DNA from: an uncultured Methanomicrobiaceae archaeon
GTDB lineage: Archaea > Halobacteriota > Methanomicrobia > Methanomicrobiales > Methanoculleaceae
DNA length: 64,000 bases
Direction: 5' to 3'
Assembly: GCA_963826525.1 (NCBI GenBank)
Contig: CAWGXH010000004.1
Coordinates: forward strand, 1,760,001-1,824,000
Below are positions 53,293 through 64,000 of the stretch, piece after piece. Each line of letters opens with the position of its first letter. Position 1 is the stretch's first letter. The notes beneath the pieces were generated by a model that searched no databases, was not told where the DNA came from, and worked only from the letters and a program-made list of their open reading frames with translations. The position numbers and the translations under genes were made by a program.

Positions 53293-53555
53293 CTCTTTCC
53301 CGCCGGCGTGGGAGATATCTCTGGTTTTTTGATGCAGTCCCAGTCCCGGGCGGGTGTTCTCCCGCATTCCGGGGCAGACGCGATCGGGTAATCCTTTCCC
53401 GGCGATTATCCCGTATCCCCGGAGCATTGCTGCAGTATGTCGGGCTCCGCCGGCGTCTTCCGCTTCGCTCCGTGTGATGGTTCTTCCGCACGTCCGTGAG
53501 GGCGCCCTACCCGGAAAAGGCAATCGCACCGGTCAGGGCCGGCCTTCGGCGAGGT

Positions 53556-54008
53556 TCAGGGGGCGGTGAAGTAGCCGACGCCGTTCGGAACCGCCCGTAC
53601 CTTCTCATAGTGTCTGGTCTCCTGCGGCGTTGTTATGGTGAGCGAGGGAACCTCTACGTTGAAGGTATGGGGGGGGAACCAGTATGCATCTCCCCCGTAG
53701 TCGTACGATGCATTGCTGACGATGATTACGGCACGCTCAAGGTCGATCCGCTGGATGCGTGCCTTTTCAAAGTCGGTTACCTGCAGCACCTTCTTCTTTA
53801 AGTCCGACTGGCCGAGGAGAAATACGAGAAGGCTGATTCCGCCGTCTATCGTGTAATCGACGGTGATGACGGCGTGCTCCTCAACAAGGTTGACAGAAAC
53901 GCTCTGTACGGTAACGTAACCGTATCGTGCAGCATCGTCGCCTGCAAAGGCAGGGACGGTGAGTGCGCAGATGAGTACCAGAACAAGCCCGAGCGTTCCC
54001 CATCTCAT
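53556..54008 (-). CDS. Hypothetical exported protein
   Basis: Signal-peptide-like N-terminus, 150 aa. Confidence 0.7.
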   Translation of the reverse strand: MRWGTLGLVLVLICALTVPAFAGDDAARYGYVTVQSVSVNLVEEHAVITVDYTIDGGISLLVFLLGQSDLKKKVLQVTDFEKARIQRIDLERAVIIVSNASYDYGGDAYWFPPHTFNVEVPSLTITTPQETRHYEKVRAVPNGVGYFTAP

Positions 54009-54211
54009 TACTCAGTACATTATTGTGAAGCTGATAAATCCTTTATGGTCTTGTGCAGGGAGAATGGAGAATATTCGATAGACACCGGGTTTTTTTCGAT
54101 TACGGCGCCGGAATTGCCGATACCCGTGAACGCTCTCACGGAAAAAAGAGTCCCGGGGTATTTCCGTCTCCCGGGGAGGTTTCGAGAACAAAGGGCGGTT
54201 TGTTCCGAAGT

Positions 54212-54487
54212 CTACCTCACCTGGGAGAGGACGATCTCGATGCTCGACACATTGGTTTTGCCGGTATCGGTATCGATCATCTCCGTGGACGTTAAGACCT
54301 CTTTCTTGCTGACATTTGCCAAAAACCGGTTCAGGGCTATCTCGGCCGTATCGACAGCCCGTGAGATGGCCTTCCCTCGCGCTTTGATCGCAACCTCGTC
54401 CGCTCCGTTGTTGAACTGGGTAACCACCGCGAGTACGTAGTTCATAACAGGTTTATTCCCAACGAATACTGTGTTGTCCTTAATCAT
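54212..54487 (-). CDS. albA: DNA/RNA-binding protein Alba
   Basis: [32 protein letters not shown]. Confidence 0.96.
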   Translation of the reverse strand: MIKDNTVFVGNKPVMNYVLAVVTQFNNGADEVAIKARGKAISRAVDTAEIALNRFLANVSKKEVLTSTEMIDTDTGKTNVSSIEIVLSQVR

Positions 54488-54498
54488 TGCCCACCTCA

Positions 54499-55516
54499 TT
54501 AGAGATACTTTTTCGAGTATATCAGCTCGGCGTTGAGGACGGAAGCACCTGCGGCACCTCGGATGGTATTGTGACCGAGCGCAACGAACCGCAGTCCTTC
54601 CCGGATTCTGCCGACCGAGACCGTCATGCCCCTGCCCCGATTGCGATCAAGGCGTGGCTGCGGACGATCGGGCTGGTCGAAGATCTCAACAGGCTTTGCC
54701 GGTTGTAATGGAAGATTGCTGAACGGGGATTTAAAGCTTGCGTAAGCTTTTTTGACTTCGTCTACCGGACTCTGCACGTCGACCCAGATCGCAAGAGTGT
54801 GCCCGTCGATGACCGGAACCCGGTGACAGCTCGCACTCACGTTGAACGGGGCGTCGTGCACCTCGGATCCGTCGAAAGTTCCCATGATCTTCAGGGTCTC
54901 GGTCTCCATCTTCTCTTCTTCAGAGCCGATGTAGGGGACGACATTATCATAGATATCCATTGCGGATACCCCTGAGAATCCTCCTCCCGAGATCGCCTGC
55001 ATGGTTGCCACACGCACATCGCGGAATGCGAACGAACGCAGGGGTGCAAGTGCCATAACGAGTACGATGGTGGAGCAGTTCGGGTTGGTTACGATAAATC
55101 CGTCCCGGCCTTTATCGCGCTGCACGTCGATAAGACCCAGGTGATCGGGGTTGACCTCGGGGACGACGAGCGGGACGGTCGGATCCATTCGGTGCGACCG
55201 GGCATTGCTGCATACGGCGACTCCGGCATCTGCGACATCGGCCTCGATCGAGGTTGCAATATCGGCCGGAAGCGCCGAGAAGACGAGATCACAGTTTTTC
55301 ACGCTCTCGACAGTAGTCGGAGTGACGGTGATGTCGCCTACCGAATCCGGAAACGGCGCATCAAGGCGCCAGTTTACGACATTGCTGAATTTCTTTCCCG
55401 CACTTCGTTCAGAAGCGGTGAGCGCCTCCAGATGAAACCAGGGATGGTCAGCGCAGAAGCTGAACGAAGCGCTGTCCCACCGCTCCTGTGGCACCAAGCA
55501 CTCCTACGTTTATCAT
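54499..55516 (-). CDS. asd: Aspartate-semialdehyde dehydrogenase (frameshift near 55455)
   Basis: [17 protein letters not shown] in the 5' frame; [22 protein letters not shown]. Confidence 0.93.
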
Positions 55517-55561
55517 AGACAAAAGTATCTGTAGTGTTGGTGTTATTAAAGAATGTGATTC

Positions 55562-55735
55562 TTATTCCATTGAGATTGCTTCGGCCGGACATTCGTCGAC
55601 GCAGGATTCGCAATCGACACAGAGGTCGATATCGACTACTGCCTTTCCGCCTTCCATCCGAATCGCTTCGGCGGGGCAGATACCGACGCATGTCTCACAG
55701 CCTGTACACTTCTCCAGATCCACAATTGCGGGCAA
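55562..55735 (-). CDS. 2x[4Fe-4S] ferredoxin
   Basis: CTGCETCVGICP and CVDCESCVDECP; TTG start after GGAGG. Confidence 0.9.
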   Translation of the reverse strand: MPAIVDLEKCTGCETCVGICPAEAIRMEGGKAVVDIDLCVDCESCVDECPAEAISME

Positions 55736-55839
55736 TATATTTCCTCCGACTGTATATGTGCGGTAAAAGGCTAAAAAAATATTTCGGTTTGCCCTTTTCG
55801 GGGCGACAGTCTTTTCGGATTGCGGCTTTGCGGTGACGA

Positions 55840-56598
55840 TCAGATGCCGAGAACGTCCTGCATCGAGTAGATCCGCTTCTCTCTTCCGGGAACCCACGCC
55901 GCTGCCCGCACTGCTCCCTCGGCAAAGACCGCACGGTCGTAGGCACGGTGGGATACCTCGATGCACTCGTAGTTTCCTGCAAAGAGGACGGAATGATCGC
56001 CGACGATGTCGCCGCCCCGGATCACGTGGACGCCTATCTCGTCTTTCCGTTCGGCCATCCCCTCTCTGCCGTATACCTTCTCGCGGCTCCCGAGTTCCTG
56101 GTCGAGGATCTCAAGGATGGTCTTTGCCGTCCCGCTCGGTGCGTCTTTCTTATACCGGTGGTGAGCCTCGGTCACCTCGACGTCGTAGTCGGAGAGCATG
56201 CGTGCGGCCTGCCGGACGAGCTGCCAGAAGATATTGACGCCGACGCTGAAGTTGCTCGAGATAACGGCAGGGACGGTTCCGATGACTGCCTCGTCGATGG
56301 CGGCACGCTGCTCGGGTGAAAAACCCGTCGTGCCGACGACGAGCGCCACGTTGTTTCGTGCCGCCGCCCTGATGTTCTCCACGGCGGCATGGGCGACCGT
56401 GAAATCGATGAGGACATCGGGCCGCTTCGACTGCAGGAGTTCGTCGATCCGATCCGCCGTCACCACGTCGGCGCCGAAGAGCGTTCCTTCCTTGATGTCG
56501 ACTCCGCCGACAAGTTCGAGGTTGGGGGATTCGTCGACGATCCTCCCGATCGTCGTTCCCATACGGCCGAGTGCGCCGGTTATTACTATCTTAGTCAT
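55840..56598 (-). CDS. dapB: 4-hydroxy-tetrahydrodipicolinate reductase
   Basis: GALGRMG, GTTG, EAHHRYKKDAPSGTA. Confidence 0.96.
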   Translation of the reverse strand: MTKIVITGALGRMGTTIGRIVDESPNLELVGGVDIKEGTLFGADVVTADRIDELLQSKRPDVLIDFTVAHAAVENIRAAARNNVALVVGTTGFSPEQRAAIDEAVIGTVPAVISSNFSVGVNIFWQLVRQAARMLSDYDVEVTEAHHRYKKDAPSGTAKTILEILDQELGSREKVYGREGMAERKDEIGVHVIRGGDIVGDHSVLFAGNYECIEVSHRAYDRAVFAEGAVRAAAWVPGREKRIYSMQDVLGI

Positions 56599-57466
56599 AC
56601 TGTGAAAGCACCATCCTGAGTACCTGGGTCTTTGCCTCGTCGAGGTCATCGAGCGGCAGCCGCACGGGTCCTGCCGCCATGCCACGGAGCCCGACCGCCT
56701 TCTTCACCGGGATCGGGTTCGTATCGATGAACATAGCCCGGAAGAGCGGTGAGAGTGTATAGTGAAGCTGCCGGGCCTGCTGGAGATCGCCGGCGCCGAA
56801 GGACTCGTACATCCCGACCATCCGCAGGGGATCGATGTTCGCCGCGACCGAGATGACGCCCGCTCCGCCGAGGGAGAGAATGGGTATGGTCATGGCATCG
56901 TCTCCCGAGAGCACCACGAAATCCTCGTCCTGTGTCTCCTCGATGATCTGCGAGATCTGCGTGATATCGCCGCTTGCCTCCTTGACCCCGAAGATATTCG
57001 GGTGCTGTGCGAGTTCTGCGATAAGGTCCGGCCGGAGGTTCTGGCCCGTCCGCCCCGGCACGTTGTACAGAATCAGAGGGATATCGAGATCCGCGAGTCT
57101 GGTGAAATGTTTGACGAGGCCTGAACGGTTTGGCTTGTTATAATACGGACTGATGATAAGGGCGCCGTCCGCCCCGGCGTCTTTTGCGGATCTGGTAAGC
57201 CTTACGGCTTCCTCGGTATTGTTCGATCCCGTCCCGGCAAGCACGGGAATCCGGCCGTTCACGACGTCGACGGTCTCGCTGACGACACGCTCGTGCTCTT
57301 CAAAACTGAGTGTGGCCGACTCGCCGGTCGAACCGCACGGGACGATGCCGTGAATACCGTTCTGCAATAAAAATTCGATATTTGAGCGTAACCCTCCAAT
57401 ATCGAGATCCAGCTTCGGACTCCTTTCAAAAGGGGTGATGATTGCCGGAAGAACTCCCTCAAACAT
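56591..57466 (-). CDS. dapA: 4-hydroxy-tetrahydrodipicolinate synthase
   Basis: GSTGE, PYYNKP, YNVPGRT, GVKEASG, NPIPVK. Confidence 0.97.
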   Translation of the reverse strand: MFEGVLPAIITPFERSPKLDLDIGGLRSNIEFLLQNGIHGIVPCGSTGESATLSFEEHERVVSETVDVVNGRIPVLAGTGSNNTEEAVRLTRSAKDAGADGALIISPYYNKPNRSGLVKHFTRLADLDIPLILYNVPGRTGQNLRPDLIAELAQHPNIFGVKEASGDITQISQIIEETQDEDFVVLSGDDAMTIPILSLGGAGVISVAANIDPLRMVGMYESFGAGDLQQARQLHYTLSPLFRAMFIDTNPIPVKKAVGLRGMAAGPVRLPLDDLDEAKTQVLRMVLSQYD

Positions 57467-57476
57467 ACTATGAGGT

Positions 57477-57665
57477 TTACGGCCTTCTTCTATTTATCTT
57501 TCTTGAGATATATCCGGCGACGCGGTTCCGGACGCGCTTGCTGTCGATTACTGCTGCTTCAAGAACTGCATGCTTGTTCTCGTCAAAGTTGTTGCTGAAC
57601 TTCTCGCCGTGCTTTTCCATCAGCTCTTGGCCGAGGTTCTTGATGTATGACGGTTTAATTCCCAT
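57477..57665 (-). CDS. rps17e: 30S ribosomal protein S17e
   Basis: FDENK..SKRVRNRVAGYI. Confidence 0.95.
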   Translation of the reverse strand: MGIKPSYIKNLGQELMEKHGEKFSNNFDENKHAVLEAAVIDSKRVRNRVAGYISRKINRRRP

Positions 57666-57676
57666 ATTGACCTTCC

Positions 57677-58228
57677 CTAAACTTGTGTATATGTTATGCG
57701 ATTCGACAGTTTAAGAATATTATGTGCTACTACGACCGGATCTTCGCCGAGGATGCGAATCATGGGCTCTTTTCCGACGGCTCCGGTATCGTAGATCACG
57801 TCGGGCACACCGTCCCTGCAGCAGGATGCCACGCCCCAGTCCATCGTCCGGATGCCGGGAGGTTCGCATGTTCGGTCGAAGGAGCAGATCTCGAACATGA
57901 GGTTCTCGAGTTCGTCGATCGCCGCCGCCGAGTAGCGGATATTCGCCGCGCTCCGTATGGCGGGTTCGAACTTCATCGCCGTCATGACGATACGTGCGAC
58001 GTGATCGCTGGCGCCAAAGGCTACTTCGCCGACCGGATGGACCGCATCGCCGAGCCGCACGATCCTGCCTGCGACGGCCGCGACGTCCTCTCTGCTCCGC
58101 GGGTCGGGGAGCGCGTAGGCGATGTTCATGCCTACCTCGGGGATGAGCCGGACGTCCATCGCTCCGGCGAGCATCGTGACGGCCTCCCCGAGTCTCCGGA
58201 TGACTGCTGCGCGTTCATCTGGTGGCAT
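57677..58228 (-). CDS. thiN: ThiN-family thiamine-phosphate synthase domain protein
   Basis: LIPEVGMNIAYA, FGASDHVAR, RSAANIRY, GAVGKEPM. Confidence 0.85.
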   Translation of the reverse strand: MPPDERAAVIRRLGEAVTMLAGAMDVRLIPEVGMNIAYALPDPRSREDVAAVAGRIVRLGDAVHPVGEVAFGASDHVARIVMTAMKFEPAIRSAANIRYSAAAIDELENLMFEICSFDRTCEPPGIRTMDWGVASCCRDGVPDVIYDTGAVGKEPMIRILGEDPVVVAHNILKLSNRITYTQV

Positions 58229-58268
58229 AGCACATACCTTTCGCAGACGAGCGGCATAAGGGTAACGG

Positions 58269-58844
58269 CTATACGAGGCCGACCCGGTCTCTCACTTCTG
58301 CAAGACCTTCGATGGCGAGGCGGTACAGGGTATCGAGATCCATCAGGGTCTCGATGGATGCGATCCGCTCGCGCTCGCATCCGGCGGCGAACGACTTCTC
58401 CTTGAACTTTTTCCGGACGGTCTTTGGCGAGACTTCGTCTATCCTCCCGCCTTTGACTCGCGCGCAGGCGAGAACCAGCCCCGAGACGCTGTCCGCCGCC
58501 TGTAGGGCTATCTCGACCGGTTCCCGGTAATTGCCAAAGAGCAGGTGATTGTGCCGCATGATAATGCCTGCCTGCTCTTCCGGTAAGCCCGCTTCGATCA
58601 GGATATGGTATCCTTCGAGACCGTGGCGGGTCATATCGCCTCCCGTCGCCTCGTAGTCGATGTCGTGCAGAAGGCCGATCACCCGGAAGGTCTCCGGATC
58701 TTCGCCGAGATGCTCTGCGATCTTCTTCATCACCGCCGCTGTGGCATAACTGTGAATCAGGAGCGACCCGGTCGTCACATGTCGGTGGAGGAGCCTCTCC
58801 GCTTCAGCACTGTCCATAGGGATCAGATTCTCATCCGGAACCAT
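58269..58844 (-). CDS. HD-domain (HDIG) metal-dependent phosphohydrolase
   Basis: HS..GLLHDID, HG..G, AADSVSG, KKFKEKSFAAG. Confidence 0.88.
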   Translation of the reverse strand: MVPDENLIPMDSAEAERLLHRHVTTGSLLIHSYATAAVMKKIAEHLGEDPETFRVIGLLHDIDYEATGGDMTRHGLEGYHILIEAGLPEEQAGIIMRHNHLLFGNYREPVEIALQAADSVSGLVLACARVKGGRIDEVSPKTVRKKFKEKSFAAGCERERIASIETLMDLDTLYRLAIEGLAEVRDRVGLV

Positions 58845-58922
58845 AACGGTGATGGTGATCGATCCCCCTCGCCGTCGGAGAAAGCATAAAGATTTACCCC
58901 GTCCTGACGATGATCTGATACT

Positions 58923-59105
58923 ATGGATATACGTGTTCTCGAGGTGGTGACTGCGATAGCGAGCCTCGCGCTCTTCATCGCGCTGCTCGTCCTGTTGCCC
59001 TTGATTATGGCAGAGTTCCAGGGTCTGGCGTACCTTATCGCTCTGGTAGTCTTCATCCTCATGCTGAGCGCGGCGGGATCCGCCCTCGATAAGAGAGCGG
59101 CTTAA
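58923..59105 (+). CDS. Small two-TM membrane protein
   Basis: 60 aa, two hydrophobic helices. Confidence 0.65.
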   Translation: MDIRVLEVVTAIASLALFIALLVLLPLIMAEFQGLAYLIALVVFILMLSAAGSALDKRAA

Positions 59106-60110
59106 GCCTGCTTCTTCTTATCGTTCTTCTTTATTCTGTAGTAGGAAAGGGGGTGGCTGACACGCTCGCAGAGTTTCTCCCGGTTGACACAGAGTCCGAA
59201 CGTGCGCATAGTCGCGCATGACGGCGGTGTATACTCCGTCCCGCTCCGCCCGGAGATATGCTCCACCTGGTACATCGTCTTTCCGACGTCGAAGTCCGGA
59301 GCTCTTTGAAACATCCCGACAATCTCCGTTGGGCTCAGCCCGATCGTATGGAGGAACGCGGTTATGGCAAACCGCCCCATGTGCGGGAGGTTCGTGCCTG
59401 CAGTGATCGCCGCAATAAGGCTCCCTATGCAGGGTGGGAACGCACCCTCTTCGACCGCACCGAACTGTTCCAGGATCTGCTGCTGGTATGCTGCGGTTAT
59501 CCCGGCGGTTATCGGGGCGAACTGATCGCAGAGCGTTCGTGGTATTTTCAGGGGAAGCTGACGGTGGAGAATAACGCGGATCCGTTCGCGGAGCAGTTCG
59601 TCGCGCTCGTCCGCATCGAGCGTGACGATACCGGCGTGCACCTCGCGGTTGACCAGCCGCCAGCGGGAGTCCCGCAGCTGCGTGACCAGTTCGACGTATT
59701 CACAGACCGGCAGCGTCCCCCGACTCGTGTCGATCCCGACGCTCTGTGCGACATACTGCTTCTTTTCGGGTTCCTCGCGTTCGAGAAAGTACCGATGCCC
59801 GCCTCGCCTCGAATCGTGTCAGGCGGTCGGTGAGGATACGGTCGCCGATACAGGAGACCAGCATGCGGGCGAGAGCGTAACTTGCGATCTCGATCTCGGG
59901 GGGTGCCTGGTGCGCCTCGTCGTCGCGGAACTCCTTCTTTCCGGCGAGGGCGTCAAGGACACGCTCCTGTGCGCGGTTCAGGGCTTCACTGCCGCGAGGG
60001 CCTGCGAGAAACCGGTCGAGCGAGTCGAACTGTTTCCTGACGAGCTGTTCTGATTCTTTTAAAAAAGGGTATTTGCCAAGCTCTTTGATATCAAGAGCGA
60101 TTACCATCAA
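59102..60110 (-). CDS. priL: DNA primase large subunit PriL (frameshifted at about 59640-59800)
   Basis: KYPFL, SYALAR; C-terminal FPPC, H..RF, YQVEHI, YTPPSC..C..C..HPL Fe-S motifs. Confidence 0.9.
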
Positions 60111-60853
60111 TCAGCCTCGATCCGGGGTGCAAGGAGATATTCGACGCGACCATTGCCGTCGGCGATATCGAACGCAAACCTGACCGGGTGATCGACGCCG
60201 AGGTGGACTTCGACCTCCGCTGCTTTTGCCATAACCTTACCCATATCTTTGAGGTAGTCGAGGGAGAAGAGAGAACGTGCACCGACCGGGTTTAAGCTCA
60301 CGAGTTCGTCCTCCCCGAGAGCGAGTTTGATCTGATCGGTGTCGCCCTCGGCCTCCATGTAGAACGTCATCGAATCGGGATCGATGCCGAGGGCTATCTT
60401 ATCGGATATGACCGCGGCAGCCTTGATTGCGTTGTTCAGTGCGTTCCCGGAGATGATCACTCTGCCCGGCAGCTCGATTGTCGGTGGGTTCGGGTCTTTT
60501 CTGATGGTGTTGACGTCGAGGAGCGTGATGGAGTAGCGGTATCCCTTGAACGAGAGCTCGAGTTTACGCTCCTCTTCGGGGAGGTTCATCGCCAGCTTAT
60601 CGCCTTTGCTCATCATCCCGAGGACGTTCTTCATTTTCGCGATATCAAGACCGAGCTCTCCCGGTGTTGCCGCATACGTGTCAAAGGCTCCGCTCTTCAG
60701 CTCAAGCGAGACCATAGCCACATTTGCGGTATCGACTGCCCGTGCTCGAAGCGTATCCTCTTCCGTATGAAGTCGGCACTCGGTGACAAGAGCCGCCATT
60801 GCGTCGATAGACTCCCTGAATATCTCCGCGTCAATCGTTGCCTTTAACATCAT
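60107..60853 (-). CDS. pcn: DNA polymerase sliding clamp PCNA
   Basis: AVDTANVAMV, FSLDYL, YLLAPRIE. Confidence 0.96.
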   Translation of the reverse strand: MMLKATIDAEIFRESIDAMAALVTECRLHTEEDTLRARAVDTANVAMVSLELKSGAFDTYAATPGELGLDIAKMKNVLGMMSKGDKLAMNLPEEERKLELSFKGYRYSITLLDVNTIRKDPNPPTIELPGRVIISGNALNNAIKAAAVISDKIALGIDPDSMTFYMEAEGDTDQIKLALGEDELVSLNPVGARSLFSLDYLKDMGKVMAKAAEVEVHLGVDHPVRFAFDIADGNGRVEYLLAPRIEAD

Positions 60854-61066
60854 GATCCCTTAATCAAACTCAATTATAACCTATATAATCATACTTTTAA
60901 TTATAGTGTTTTACGATTGCGTATCAACGGTCAGGGGGAATGCACCGGTCCTGCAGAAATCCCATACTTTGATGTTGCACGAAAGCATATAGTATACGTG
61001 ATCTTTTATTGATCTGCCGATGCGCTATCGTCCGCATCGGTCGTAGACGGAAGGAGTATTTGCAGA

Positions 61067-61663
61067 ATGGGTTCTCAGTGGTCGAGAGATAAGGTCTACA
61101 ACCGGGCCATGAAGGCCGGGTACCGATCCCGCGCCGCATATAAACTCCTGGAGATTCAGGAGAGGAACGGTATCATCCGTCCCGACGACAATGTGGTGGA
61201 TCTGGGTGCGGCACCCGGGAGCTGGCTGCAGGTACTGCGCGAGCTCACGGACGGGAAGATCGTCGGCATCGACTTAAACCCAATCGCACCCCTCGAAGGC
61301 GTCACTACCATCGTCGGCGATTTTACGCAGGAGGAAGTGCGGGAGCGGGTTTTAGCCGAGCTTGACGTCGTGAACGTCGTGGTCTCCGATGTATCTCCAA
61401 AGCTCTCGGGGCAGAAGAGCTACGATCAGGCACGAGCGATCGGGCTCGGCGAGGAAGCACTCGCGTTCGCCTGCACCGTCCTCAAGCCGGGAGGAAATTT
61501 TGTGATAAAGTCGTTTCAGGGCGAGCTCTTCTCCGATCTGATGAACGATATCAAGGAACACTTCCATTCCGTCAGGGGCTATCGGGCGAAATCCACGCGG
61601 AGAGGGAGTACCGAGACGTATATCATTGCGAAAAGTTTCATAGGGCGAGAGGATGGCGCTTAA
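61067..61663 (+). CDS. rlmE: 23S rRNA Um2552 methyltransferase RlmE/FtsJ
   Basis: YRSRAAYKL, DLGAAPGSW, SD..P, FVIK.FQG, S.E.Y. Confidence 0.95.
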   Translation: MGSQWSRDKVYNRAMKAGYRSRAAYKLLEIQERNGIIRPDDNVVDLGAAPGSWLQVLRELTDGKIVGIDLNPIAPLEGVTTIVGDFTQEEVRERVLAELDVVNVVVSDVSPKLSGQKSYDQARAIGLGEEALAFACTVLKPGGNFVIKSFQGELFSDLMNDIKEHFHSVRGYRAKSTRRGSTETYIIAKSFIGREDGA

Positions 61664-62533
61664 GGACACATACGGCCGTACCGTAACGAATCTCCGGATA
61701 AGCCTGACATCGGAGTGCAATCTCCGGTGCATCTACTGCCATGCAGAAGGTGAGGTCGACCCGAAGGAGCAGATGAGTGCCGACGAGATCGCCGAGCTGA
61801 TGCAGGTCGGGGCGAAGTTCGGTATCCGAAGCATCAAGTTTACCGGCGGGGAGCCTCTGCTCCGCTCCGATATCATTGATATCATCCGGGCGGTGCCTCC
61901 GGGCATCGAGTCGTCCCTGACGACGAACGGCACCCTGCTTGCAGGCAAAGCTGCTGCTCTCAGGGAAGCTGGCCTCTCCCGGGTGAATGTCAGCCTCGAT
62001 ACGCTCAGACCCGACCGATACCGGGAGATTACCGGAAGAGATCAGCTCGATCGGGTGCTTGCAGGCATCCGGGCGGCCATCGATGCCGGCCTCACGCCGG
62101 TGAAGCTCGAATATGGTGCTCCTCGAGGGGATCAACGACGACGAGTTCGACGACTTCATGGAGTTTGTCCGGGGGAACCGGAACCTCATCCTGCAGGTCA
62201 TCGAGCTGATGGACTTTCACGACTGTAAGTTCCACGGGGATGTCGACGGCGTCGAGCGCGACTTAAACACCCGGGCGGAGCAGATCGTGACGCGGAGGAT
62301 GCACCACCGCAGGAAATACTGTCTCGATAATGCCGAGGTCGAGGTTGTCCGGCCGCTCCACAATACGGAGTTCTGCGGCTTCTGCAACCGGCTTCGCGTC
62401 ACCTCGGACGGAAAGCTCAAACCGTGCCTCCTGCGGAGCGATAACCTGATCCCTATCCGGGGAAAACACGGCGAAGACCTTGAAGCGGCCTTCAGAGAGG
62501 CCGTAAGCCTGCGCGAACCGTTACTTCAGGTAA
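61653..62533 (+). CDS. moaA: GTP 3',8-cyclase MoaA (frameshifts near 62110 and 62520)
   Basis: LRISLT..CNLRCIYC, TGGEPL, NVSLD, FCGFCNRLRVTSDGKLKPCL. Confidence 0.92.
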
Positions 62534-62667
62534 CGCCCTTTCCCTGTGGTTTGTCCTGCTCCTTACGGATGCACCCGCCTGAGCTGCGTCTTTGGAAAAA
62601 TTCATCCTGTCTGCTCCTGTTTCGCCGCGAAAGCAATATTTTTTAACTCTCTCTCCAATAGGTTGGT

Positions 62668-63180
62668 ATGCTGGAAGAGAACGAATATGTCGGTGTCATG
62701 AAGAAGCTGTACGGCAAGTCGCTGATACTCGAAGACCCTTCCGACTTCCACCCGGTGCTGTATTTTTACTTCGTCGATTCGCTCGCCCACATCGACTTTA
62801 CGCTCGGGATACTGTCGTTCAACTATATGTCCCCGAAGAATGTCATGAATATGGAATACCTGCGGTGGCGTCTCGACCAGGGGAAGCAGGGCGAACGTGC
62901 TCTCTTCCCGGAGTTCATCAACTGGCTGAAGGCGGAGCATCACGATACGTTCGAGTCGCTCCCTCTCCTCTGGAGCGGCATCTACGACAACGACGACCCC
63001 GCCTCGTACCGGAGTTTCCGCATCGTGCTGAATCCCGACGACAAAAAACCGCTCCCGGCAGAGTATCTCTCCGCATTCGTCGATCAGTTCTTCGAGCAGA
63101 CGTTCCTGCGCCGGCTCTACCGCGGCTCAATGCTCGCCAATCTCTTCGATGAATTTGCCGGAACCAGATCTGCCCCGTGA
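62668..63180 (+). CDS. Hypothetical protein
   Basis: 170-aa ORF co-oriented with neighbours, protein-like composition, no recognised motif. Confidence 0.7.
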   Translation: MLEENEYVGVMKKLYGKSLILEDPSDFHPVLYFYFVDSLAHIDFTLGILSFNYMSPKNVMNMEYLRWRLDQGKQGERALFPEFINWLKAEHHDTFESLPLLWSGIYDNDDPASYRSFRIVLNPDDKKPLPAEYLSAFVDQFFEQTFLRRLYRGSMLANLFDEFAGTRSAP

Positions 63181-63191
63181 GGTGATACGGC

Positions 63192-64000
63192 ATGGATGTC
63201 GCCCGCCTCTGTTCATCGCTCGTCCGGATCAAGAGTGAGAATCCCCCCGGCGGTACGGCCGACGTCATCGAGTATATCAGGGACTTTCTCGATACGCTCG
63301 GTGCCCGGAGCCGGGTCATGTCGTACCCGACGGCAGGGCGAACCTCGTTACGACGGCGCCGGATTCCCGGCTCCTTCTCTGCGGGCACGTCGATGTCGTG
63401 CCGGCGATTGCCGATGCGTGGGTGCACGACCCGTACGGCGGCGAGATTGCCGGAGGGTTCGTCTGGGGGCGGGGCGCCACGGACATGAAGGGCGGTTGTG
63501 CGGCGCTCCTTACAGCGTATAAAAACCTCGTGGATGCCGGGGAGGAGCCGAAGGTGCAGTTCGCCTTCGTCTGCGACGAGGAGACGGGGGGTGAGTTTGG
63601 TATCTCTTCCCTGCTCAAGGAGGGTCTGCTCACGCCCCGTGACTGCCTGATCGCCGAGCCGTCGCCCCCGCTCAACCCCTGTATCGGGCAGAAGGGGCTC
63701 TGCCGCCTGGAACTCTGCTTTTCAGGAGAGCCGGGCCACAGTTCTCTCTATCCTGTCGTCGGCAGGAGCGCCATTATGGAGGCGGTTTCGCTGATCGAGT
63801 ACATGAAAGAACTCCACGCACACGAGTATGCGGCGGGAGGCGAGATGCAGGCGATCGTAGAGCGGTCGTCGCAGGTGCTCCAGGATATCTTCGGTATGGA
63901 AGGGCTCCGCGATGTCCTGACCCGGGTCATGTATAACCCCGGCCGGATCGAGGGTGGGGAGAAGGCGAACATCGTTGCGGAACGCTGCAGGATGGAGCTC
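63192..64000 (+). CDS. M20/ArgE/DapE-family metallopeptidase (frameshifted at about 63320-63370; truncated at window end)
   Basis: SENPPG, CGHVDVVP, GRGATDMKGG, CDEETGG, IAEP, GHSS, GGEKANIV. Confidence 0.88.

Overview
Chromosomal segment of a methanogenic archaeon, most likely Methanomicrobiales (Methanoculleus/Methanofollis-like). The basis is archaeal markers (PCNA, PriL, Alba, rpS17e, CarS, Tes, RaSEA, CdrS-FtsZ2), methanogenesis marker 14 and GC-rich coding DNA. Most of the window is housekeeping: carAB, argG/F, purD, pyrE/C, dapAB/asd, cobD/Y, moaA, a glycine-betaine ABC transporter and hyp genes. About 15 genes are split by single-base indels, including essential ones, which points to assembly/sequencing error rather than real decay. 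Three regions stand out. (1) At 22.7-30.0 kb, an MvhAG-like group-3 [NiFe]-hydrogenase has no MvhD or diaphorase partner. It is instead embedded among a ferredoxin, a V4R sensor, up to three Roadblock/LC7-type domains, two DUF2226-type domains, a MinD ATPase, small membrane proteins and its own maturation protease. This is a candidate H2/redox-sensing or spatial-positioning system. (2) At about 33.2 kb there is a box H/ACA-like guide RNA whose pocket matches 23S rRNA helix 69. (3) At about 38-44 kb, a tRNA-Ser-adjacent island carries bacterial-type pgk, ATP-type pfkA, an enolase remnant and a dynamin-like GTPase. All family calls come from motif recognition by eye; no database searches were run.
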